A DNA stretch of 12,754 bases from an uncultured archaeon (GCA_964565125.1 CAZMCX010000002.1:1-12754), one strand, 5' to 3'; shown: positions 6,411 to 12,754, counted from the first letter of the stretch. Notes: generated by a model from the sequence alone, not told the origin. Program-made: numbers and translations.

Positions 6411-8939
6411 ATGCTTAAATCCGTGTATCTAAAGAACTGGAAGAGCCACAAGGAGACAAGAGTAGATCTTTCTAAGGGTGCCAATGTAATAGTTGGTACA
6501 ATAGGCGCAGGCAAAACAAGTATAGTTGAAGGTATTGCATTTTCTCTTTTTGGAACAACACAATCGGTTACATCAAAAGGAATTTCTCTAAAAGATTTAA
6601 TTATGCAAAAGCCAAATAAAGAGGATGATGCAGAAGTTATTCTTGAAATAGAACTGGAAAACAATCTTTACAAAATAGAACGCCAAATATTTGAAACTAA
6701 AAGCTCCCAAGCAAGAATTTATTGTAACGGCCTGCTTATTGCGGGCCCCAAGCCCCAAGATGTAAATAAAAAAATAGAAGAATTATTCTTTGTTAATTTT
6801 GATTTATTTATGCGTGCGAATTATTCCGAACAAAACCAATTAGACTTTTTTGTAAAGCTTCAACCACGAGAAAGAAAAACTATTTTTGATAGTATTTTGG
6901 GTATTGATATTTTTGATAGCATAGAAAGAAATTCAAAACAAGTGCTTAATAGATTGAAAGATAAGCTTGACTTGGAACAAAGTAATTATGAACAGAATAA
7001 CAAAACGCTAGAATCCTTTAATTATTCCGTCTTACAAAATACAAAAAAAGAGTTAGAAAAGTTAATTTCAGAAACAGAAATAAATCTAAAAACTCTACTT
7101 ACTGACTCAGAAAAAATGAAAGTAGACTTATTTGAATTAAAAAAGAATCAAGATAAATATGATTCTATTACGGAGAAGCTTTCAATTCTTGATGGCCAAA
7201 TCTTAAATCTATCTTCTTTTATAAAAGACAAAAACTATTTTTCAGAAAGTTCTTTGGCGGAGCTTGAAGAAAGTTTTATTATTGCAAAAAAACAATATCA
7301 AGAACTATCAAAAGCATACCACGAAAAACAAAACCTTCTTGCAGAAGTTTCTTTGCTAAAAAAACAAGAATCAGAACTTAGTGTAAAGTTAAAAAATTAT
7401 GACTTAAAAGATTTAGAAGAAATAAAAAAGCAGTATGAATTAATTTCGGAAGAAAAGTTACGAGAAGAAAAAAACCAGAACAAATTTAAATCAGAAATTG
7501 AGCTAAAGAAACAGAAATTATTTTTTGGGCAGGAAGAGTACAACAAAGCAAAACCAATCTTAGAAAAGCTTTCAAATCTTGAAAATATTGAAAAGAAATA
7601 TTTCGATTTAGCACAGACAATTGAAAAAAACCAAAATATTGAAACGGCCTTAAGTGAAAAAATAAGTTCTATAGAGAAAGAGTTATCTCTTTTAGAAAAA
7701 GGCGAAAAAGATTGTCCACTTTGTGGTTCAGAATTAGATGAAACTCATCTAAAAAAAGTGCAGGTTACAAAAAAACAATTAAAAGCAAAACTTGAAAGCG
7801 AACTAAAAAAAATAACTGAAAACCAAACCCATAACAAAAAGGATTTCATTGAAATAGAAAAAAAGTACAAATACTTCCTAGAAAACAAATCCTATCTTTC
7901 AAAAGATTACTCTTCCTTAGAAACACAAAAAAAAGAACTGGATGATCTGTTTGCCATGCTTTCAAAACAAGATGAAAAATACCTTGATCTTTGTGCGAAA
8001 TATGAAAAAACAAAAAAAGAGTATGAATCTTCAAGTAATTATCACTTTATTTCTGAGCAACTGAAATCAATCATCCGCAAAAGAGAACTAAACGAAAAAT
8101 TACTTGGTAGCTTTAATGTTGATGATGATTTAATAAAACAAAAAGAAGAAACCGTGAAATTGTTGGAAAAGCAAATAGATTATAAAAAACATCTGCAAGA
8201 ATTAGAATCTCTGCAAGCCCAAAAAACAATCCTACAAAAAGAAAAAGAAAGCATAAAATTCACAAAAAAAGAATTAGAAAGTTTACAAACAAAATATTAT
8301 GATAATCTTGCAAAAATAAGCTCAACTACTGAAATAGTTTCAAACAAAAAAGAAAACTTTGTGGAATTGACAAAGCAAGAAAAAATAGTTATAGAATTTA
8401 AAGAAAAATTGGGTCTTTCCAAATCAAAGATAGAAAAATATTCTTTAGTCACGGAAGATATGTCCTTATTTAACACAGTTGCAAAAAAGACGCAAGAGGG
8501 CCTAAGAAAACGCATTATAGAAAAAATAAATATAATCTTCTCAGAACTTTGGAATCAATTATACCCTTATTCAGATTTTAAGAAAGTAGAAATAAGTGTA
8601 AAAGAGGGGGATTATAAAATAGAAATTTATTTTAACAATTATAAAAGAGACCTTGATTCTTTTGTTAGCGGCGGAGAAAGATCTTTAATTGCATTGTGTT
8701 TGCGTGTAGCAATAAGTTTAGCAATGCAAAACAAACTAGATTTAATTATTTTGGACGAGCCCACACACAACCTTGACAAGAATTCAATTCAATCATTGTC
8801 TACAATGATAAATGAAATGCTTCCAAAATACATTGGTCAGATCCTAGTTATAACTCATGATGAATTATTAAGTTCATATTCAAATAATGTAATTACAGTA
8901 AAGAGAAATAAAGAATTAGATTCCGCAAGTTGTGTTTAA
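6411..8939 (+). CDS. rad50: Rad50 (SMC-like DNA double-strand break repair ATPase)
   Basis: The N-terminal half-ATPase carries Walker A GTIGAGKTS. Long K/E/L/Q-rich coiled coils follow, with a CPLC zinc-hook (7713..7724, residues 435-438 of 842) at their centre. The C-terminal half carries the signature SGGERSLIAL, Walker B LIILDEPTHNLD and the H-loop VITHD. Confidence 0.88.
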   Translation: MLKSVYLKNWKSHKETRVDLSKGANVIVGTIGAGKTSIVEGIAFSLFGTTQSVTSKGISLKDLIMQKPNKEDDAEVILEIELENNLYKIERQIFETKSSQARIYCNGLLIAGPKPQDVNKKIEELFFVNFDLFMRANYSEQNQLDFFVKLQPRERKTIFDSILGIDIFDSIERNSKQVLNRLKDKLDLEQSNYEQNNKTLESFNYSVLQNTKKELEKLISETEINLKTLLTDSEKMKVDLFELKKNQDKYDSITEKLSILDGQILNLSSFIKDKNYFSESSLAELEESFIIAKKQYQELSKAYHEKQNLLAEVSLLKKQESELSVKLKNYDLKDLEEIKKQYELISEEKLREEKNQNKFKSEIELKKQKLFFGQEEYNKAKPILEKLSNLENIEKKYFDLAQTIEKNQNIETALSEKISSIEKELSLLEKGEKDCPLCGSELDETHLKKVQVTKKQLKAKLESELKKITENQTHNKKDFIEIEKKYKYFLENKSYLSKDYSSLETQKKELDDLFAMLSKQDEKYLDLCAKYEKTKKEYESSSNYHFISEQLKSIIRKRELNEKLLGSFNVDDDLIKQKEETVKLLEKQIDYKKHLQELESLQAQKTILQKEKESIKFTKKELESLQTKYYDNLAKISSTTEIVSNKKENFVELTKQEKIVIEFKEKLGLSKSKIEKYSLVTEDMSLFNTVAKKTQEGLRKRIIEKINIIFSELWNQLYPYSDFKKVEISVKEGDYKIEIYFNNYKRDLDSFVSGGERSLIALCLRVAISLAMQNKLDLIILDEPTHNLDKNSIQSLSTMINEMLPKYIGQILVITHDELLSSYSNNVITVKRNKELDSASCV

Positions 8940-8965
8940 ATTGAGGTGTTGAAAATGTTTAAGGC

Positions 8966-10123
8966 CTAAATAAAAAAAAGTAGCACAGGGAAAATAATTC
9001 CCGCCATCATCAAAGTCCTAGAGTTATTTGAGATTATGCAAATATATCCAGTTAACCCGCACAAAATAAAAATAAAAATTCCAAACAAGTTTGTTGATAT
9101 TGCCGCAAGCACGAACAGTACAGCTGGAATTACAAATTTTATTTTATCCCCCATCTTGTTTCCAAGTTTTACAAACAGTTTTCCAATATAATATGTAATG
9201 ATTACGCCCGCAACAACAAAAATTATTGTAAGCAGATAAGTATAATACCACGGAACATTTAGTGGCAGGTAATATGCGGTCCCAGTTCTTGCCTTTCCAG
9301 TAAAATAGATATTTACAAAAGAAAGCAGCATCACACAAACACTAACACCGCCAATAATTTGCAAATAATCTGCCCGTTCTTTGAAAAGGTTTAGTTCTTT
9401 TCCTAAAAACGCAGCAAATCCGCTTCCAAGGCCCGGAAAGAAAGTAACAAATAAAGAAAGGAAATTTGCAATAATTCCATTTTTTATGAGTCCTGGTGTT
9501 TTTTCGGTTTTGTCACTTTGTTTTACCCATTCTGTTTTATAATGAAATAAAGATATCGCTGACGACAATCCAAATAAGCCGCCAACTAAAACAAATAAAG
9601 GATTAGAAACAGTTTTAGTTATTAGACAAACATACCCAAGCCCCGCAGCAAACATAATTACAACAACAGAGTACACATTTTTTGTTTTTTTAATAACCAA
9701 AAATAAAAAACACAGCCCTAACACAGGCACAATTATGTAAGGATAAAAAGAAATAATTTTTTTAGAATAAAAAATAATTAGAACCACGAACGGCAAACTA
9801 AATATTGTGGAAACTAAAATTGCTTTTAATGTTATTACTAGTGCGGCAAACGCTTTTCCTGTTTTAAAATATTCATGCCCTGGCAAAACAGAAAGGTAGT
9901 TTGTATCTGTTGGCACCATAAGGAAATATGCCGGAATAAAAGACAAACAAACATACAAAACAGAACTCAGGAGTACACAAATGTAAAGTTCTTGAGAACC
10001 AATAAAACTAGAAATAAAGGGCATTATTTGATTTATATGTAGTGATGGAACTAGCCCACTTATGAATCCAAAAAGAGTACCAAATCCAATTCCACTTAAG
10101 GCATTAATTAACTCAAAAACCAT
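8966..10123 (-). CDS. Polytopic membrane protein, TctA/DUF112-like putative transporter
   Basis: The 385-aa protein is almost entirely hydrophobic with at least 10 predicted TM segments. The motifs GFISGLVPSLHIN (N-terminal) and FFPGLGSGFAAFLG (second half) resemble the duplicated PG(l/i)G motif of TctA/DUF112 proteins. The family assignment is from memory only. Confidence 0.45.
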   Translation of the reverse strand: MVFELINALSGIGFGTLFGFISGLVPSLHINQIMPFISSFIGSQELYICVLLSSVLYVCLSFIPAYFLMVPTDTNYLSVLPGHEYFKTGKAFAALVITLKAILVSTIFSLPFVVLIIFYSKKIISFYPYIIVPVLGLCFLFLVIKKTKNVYSVVVIMFAAGLGYVCLITKTVSNPLFVLVGGLFGLSSAISLFHYKTEWVKQSDKTEKTPGLIKNGIIANFLSLFVTFFPGLGSGFAAFLGKELNLFKERADYLQIIGGVSVCVMLLSFVNIYFTGKARTGTAYYLPLNVPWYYTYLLTIIFVVAGVIITYYIGKLFVKLGNKMGDKIKFVIPAVLFVLAAISTNLFGIFIFILCGLTGYICIISNNSRTLMMAGIIFPVLLFFI

Positions 10124-10176
10124 TACTTTATAATAACCAAAACCCTAATTATATATGTTTCTGATTTGGTGATTAA
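10124..10176. promoter_or_regulatory. Divergent promoter region with a single central TATA tract
   Basis: taattatatat (10146..10156) is centred about 28 nt from the minus-strand ATG (10123) and about 26 nt from the plus-strand ATG (10177). Confidence 0.4.
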
Positions 10177-11427
10177 ATGATAGCTTATGCGGATTTGCAT
10201 TTACATGGCCCCAATGCTGGTGGAACAAGCAAGAATTTAAGTATAGAATTAATTGCCAAATATTCCAAACTTAAGGGCCTAAATTTAACTGCATCTGGTG
10301 ACATCTTAAATAAAGAATGGCTGGACTTAGTTAAAAGTTCAGTTGTATTAGACAATGGTTCATTTTATCATGATGTTAATGGGGAAAAACAGCACATAAT
10401 GTTACAAACAGAAATAGAAACTGCGGGCAGAGTTCACCACATTTTATTATTCCCTGATTTTGAAACTGTTGAAAATGTCAGATCCATTTTGGGGAAGTAT
10501 GCGAAACTAGATGGTTATATGAATGGCAGGCCAAGGATTGCTTTGCCTGCAAAAGAAACATTCAAACTTTTAGCAAATGAAGAAATAATTTTTGGACCTG
10601 CACACGCATTTACCCCCTATTTTTCAATATATTCGCATTATAATTCTTTGAAAGACGCTTATGGCGAATTTTTGGACAAAGTATCTTTTATGGAGTTAGG
10701 CCTTAGCGCAGATTCTTATGGCGCAAACAACATTGCAGAATTAAAAAATATCCCTTTTTTAAGTAATAGCGACGCCCATTCTTTTTGGCCACATAGAATG
10801 GGCAGAGAGTTTAATAAATTTGAATTATCGCATTTGAATTATAAAGGACTTAAAGATGGCTTAAAATTCTGGAAAGAAAAACATCTTTTAAACGTCGGTC
10901 TGAATCCACAAGAGGGAATGTATAACAGAACTGCTTGTAGTTCTTGTTACAAAATTTATTCTTTAAAACAAGCAATACAGAACAATTGGAAATGTGACTG
11001 TGGAAAGCCAATAAAAAAAGGAGTTTCGGAAAGAATAGAAGAACTTTCAAGCCCAAACCAAGAATACATTAGAGCAAAATACATACATACACTCCCTTTA
11101 GCAGAAATAATACAACTTTCCCTAAAATCAAAAAATGTATTTTCTGTGCAGGTTCAAAGTTTATGGGAAAAGTTTGTTAATACCATTGGTACAGAAATCG
11201 ATGTTTTATTAAATTCAAAAGATGAAGCTCTTCTATCTGTAGATGAAAATATTGCAAAATACATTATTGCTTTTAGAAAAGGATTTGTGGTTTACAAGCC
11301 CGGCGGTGGCGGGTCGTACGGTGTGCCTTACATTACTTTCTCAGAATCTGAAAAAGCAGAAAAGCAAAAAGAAATAGATGCAGAAATTTCAGGAAAATCA
11401 AAATCGATACAGAAAAAATTATTTTAA
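10177..11427 (+). CDS. Endonuclease Q-like protein (PHP-fold nuclease with zinc finger; TIGR00375-type family)
   Basis: PHP-type metal-ligand motifs appear in the expected order: ADLHLHG (res 5-11), EIETAGRVHHILLF, GPAHAFTP and SNSDAHS. A CSSC...CDC zinc finger (10936..11001) with GVSERIEEL and a C-terminal helical region follow. The length (416 aa) and architecture match EndoQ as I recall it. Confidence 0.7.
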   Translation: MIAYADLHLHGPNAGGTSKNLSIELIAKYSKLKGLNLTASGDILNKEWLDLVKSSVVLDNGSFYHDVNGEKQHIMLQTEIETAGRVHHILLFPDFETVENVRSILGKYAKLDGYMNGRPRIALPAKETFKLLANEEIIFGPAHAFTPYFSIYSHYNSLKDAYGEFLDKVSFMELGLSADSYGANNIAELKNIPFLSNSDAHSFWPHRMGREFNKFELSHLNYKGLKDGLKFWKEKHLLNVGLNPQEGMYNRTACSSCYKIYSLKQAIQNNWKCDCGKPIKKGVSERIEELSSPNQEYIRAKYIHTLPLAEIIQLSLKSKNVFSVQVQSLWEKFVNTIGTEIDVLLNSKDEALLSVDENIAKYIIAFRKGFVVYKPGGGGSYGVPYITFSESEKAEKQKEIDAEISGKSKSIQKKLF

Positions 11428-11447
11428 AATTGGAAAAATCCAATTTT
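11426..11447. terminator. Perfect hairpin between convergent genes (bidirectional terminator candidate)
   Basis: aaaattgga (11426..11434) / tccaatttt (11439..11447) forms a 9-bp stem with a 4-nt aaaa loop. It reads as a stem followed by U-run on either strand. It sits in the 26-nt gap between the EndoQ-like stop (11427) and the thpR stop (11454). Confidence 0.5.
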
Positions 11448-11453
11448 GAAATC

Positions 11454-12026
11454 CTAAAATGCCTTTAGGCACTTTTTTGACTTTAACGGAAAAGATCTAA
11501 CCTTTCTGTATATTGTGCCATTTTCAGAAATTACACTTTCATATAAAACAACAGAATCTACCAACATCCTGCCCAAATCAAGGCTGGAAAGCTCAGAAAT
11601 CAGTTCTGCCAGCTTATCAGGATTTAATAAGTATTTTATTCTTGCAAAAGTTATGTGCGGAACGATTTTTTTGTAATCTTCCTTTTTTATATTATCAAAT
11701 TCTGTCCGAAAGCTACGCGCTAGATCTATTAGCCCTTTGCCTTTTGCCCCAACCCATAGAACTCGCGGATTTTTTGAATCTGGGAAAAGCCCGGCCCCGC
11801 CAACAGATGCCTTAAAGCTTTTTGCGTTTCCAACTGCTTTTTCAACTCTTTTTTCCAGATTTGATAATCTTTGTGGGTTTATTTCCCCCAAGAATTTGAC
11901 AGTTATGTGTATATTTTCATATGGGCTGAAGTTTAGGTTTGGGAACCTTTTCTTTTTTGGCTCAAGAATTTCATAAATTTTTTCCTTAATCTCATTGGAA
12001 ATAGGAATTCCCACAAACAACCGCAT
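11454..12026 (-). CDS. thpR: RNA 2',3'-cyclic phosphodiesterase (ThpR/LigT, 2H phosphoesterase family)
   Basis: The 190-aa protein starts MRLFVGIP and has two H-x-T motifs at the canonical spacing (ENIHITVKFLG and VPHITFARI), plus RVLWVG between them. Confidence 0.88.
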   Translation of the reverse strand: MRLFVGIPISNEIKEKIYEILEPKKKRFPNLNFSPYENIHITVKFLGEINPQRLSNLEKRVEKAVGNAKSFKASVGGAGLFPDSKNPRVLWVGAKGKGLIDLARSFRTEFDNIKKEDYKKIVPHITFARIKYLLNPDKLAELISELSSLDLGRMLVDSVVLYESVISENGTIYRKVRSFPLKSKKCLKAF

Positions 12027-12095
12027 AATAGAACTTAAAATGAAAAATATAAATACTTTTACCTCTTATACATATAGATTTACGGGGTGTTTATG
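12027..12095. promoter_or_regulatory. Divergent promoter region (thpR / pilin-like gene)
   Basis: There are two TATA-like tracts. aaaaatataaata (12044..12056) is centred about 24 nt from the thpR ATG, which has no SD. cttatacatata (12065..12076) is about 25 nt from ATG 12096. GGGGTG lies at 12084..12089. Confidence 0.4.
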
Positions 12096-12677
12096 ATGTT
12101 AAATTTATTTTTTTGGAAAAAAGGCTCAAGGGGTTCAAAAGGGCAAGGTGCATTAGAATATTTGCTTATTATCGGTGCAGCAATCCTAATTGCAGCAATA
12201 GTGGTAACAATCTTAGTAAAAACAACAAAGACCACAGAAGGCTCAGTAGACAAGGTTTATGGTGATTTTAACAAAATAGTAAGTGATATAAACTATGGTA
12301 TTGACAATAACGATATAAGTTTGGACACCGCGGTTTGTGACGACGATGCTTGTTTTAAAACCTATTTTGCAGATTGTAATAGTTTTTCCTATATTTCTAC
12401 AAATCAGGACTCTAAGGACAAATATACTATCTATGGCCCGAATGGGGACTTTTGTAAGTTAAAAATTGAGATTTTGGAAGTACTGAATACTGATAATATA
12501 GATAAGTCAGTAAAGGGTTTAGCAATGGTTTGTGATGTAAATAATGAAAAAACCCTTAATAATGCCCTTGGGCATGCAATTTGTACTCAGAAGTGTTCAG
12601 GAGTGTTGTATACTCAGTTTTATTCTAAAATCGTGGGAATGAAGGAATGTGACCAAGTGGATTATTACTTTAGATAG
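12096..12677 (+). CDS. Archaeal type IV pilin-like protein (class III signal peptide) with uncharacterised 8-Cys C-terminal domain
   Basis: The N-terminus, KKGSRGSKG|QGALEYLLIIGAAILIAAIVVTILV, has a basic leader and a G|Q prepilin-peptidase-type site. Glu falls at mature position +5 (Q-x-[SA]-x-E-[FY]), followed by a hydrophobic helix. The remaining ~135 aa has 8 cysteines and no recognisable family. Possible starts are GTG 12087, ATG 12093 and ATG 12096; the last fits the SD spacing seen elsewhere. Confidence 0.7.
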   Translation: MLNLFFWKKGSRGSKGQGALEYLLIIGAAILIAAIVVTILVKTTKTTEGSVDKVYGDFNKIVSDINYGIDNNDISLDTAVCDDDACFKTYFADCNSFSYISTNQDSKDKYTIYGPNGDFCKLKIEILEVLNTDNIDKSVKGLAMVCDVNNEKTLNNALGHAICTQKCSGVLYTQFYSKIVGMKECDQVDYYFR

Positions 12678-12685
12678 TAGGCCTC

Positions 12686-12705
12686 CTTTCCGTTCTTTTC
12701 TTTTT
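12686..12705 (+). terminator. Pyrimidine/T-rich tract after the pilin-like gene (archaeal oligo-T terminator candidate)
   Basis: The tandem stops tag-tag (12675..12680) are followed by cctttccgttcttttcttttt, ending in a T5 run at 12701..12705. Confidence 0.35.
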
Positions 12706-12754
12706 ATATAACATATAAAAACATTATCATACTTTAATTTACAAACAATTATTC

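Noticed and set aside
6404-8515. Minus-strand ORFs 6404..6664, 7846..8034 and 8297..8515
   Set aside because: They are antisense shadows inside rad50 (head domain and coiled coil). They are short, F/L/S-rich and lack SD motifs.
6411-8939. SMC/ABC-like ATPase as the core of a phage-defence system (Lamassu/Wadjet/Gabija-like)
   Set aside because: The central CxxC zinc hook, the Rad50-type head motifs and the housekeeping context (radA, RPA) argue for genuine Rad50. No effector, nuclease or kleisin-like partner genes are adjacent.
9144-9338. 64-aa ORF in another frame within the TctA-like gene
   Set aside because: It is fully nested in a long, coherent membrane-protein ORF on the same strand. 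Its Cys/Trp/Lys-rich translation has no motif.
10850-11976. ORFs 10850..11056 (-), 11513..11815 (+) and 11737..11976 (+)
   Set aside because: They are antisense to the EndoQ-like gene and thpR, both of which carry diagnostic motifs. None of the three has a plausible start context.
1-12754. CRISPR arrays, transposases/integrases, inteins, recoding or alternative genetic code
   Set aside because: There are no regularly spaced repeats. No terminal inverted repeats flank any gene. All conserved genes are uninterrupted and of normal length, and TAA, TAG and TGA are all used as stops.

Overview
This is an AT-rich (about one-third G+C by eye), very gene-dense archaeal chromosomal segment using the standard genetic code. 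Nearly every gene is a recognisable archaeal information-processing gene. A minus-strand operon (3603 down to 43, continuing off the left edge) encodes primase PriS, a GINS subunit, ribosomal protein S27e, aIF2-alpha and a PAC2-family protein. Diverging from it on the plus strand are an RPA-type ssDNA-binding protein, RadA, a small 4-TM membrane protein and Rad50 (3686..8939). These are followed by a TctA/DUF112-like membrane protein (-), an EndoQ-like PHP nuclease (+), a ThpR/LigT 2H phosphoesterase (-) and a type IV pilin-like protein with a cysteine-rich C-terminal domain (+). The compact layout, strong GGTGAT-type Shine-Dalgarno motifs and the pilin leader would fit a small-genome (DPANN-like) archaeon, but that placement is inference only. 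I see no rRNA, tRNA, CRISPR array, transposon, integrase, toxin-antitoxin or recognisable defence genes, and no convincing novel multi-gene system. The observations most worth following up are: (1) the uncharacterised 8-Cys pilin-like surface protein; (2) a Rad50 with no adjacent Mre11/HerA/NurA, a membrane-protein gene upstream and a 'ghost' translation start downstream; (3) an EndoQ homologue in this kind of genome; (4) a stripped-down replication-translation operon lacking the usual L44e and Nop10 genes; (5) an enlarged Cys cluster in PriS; (6) symmetric bidirectional promoters and a strict SD-to-ATG spacing that corrects several ORF starts. All antisense or alternative-frame ORFs in the supplied track look like shadow ORFs.
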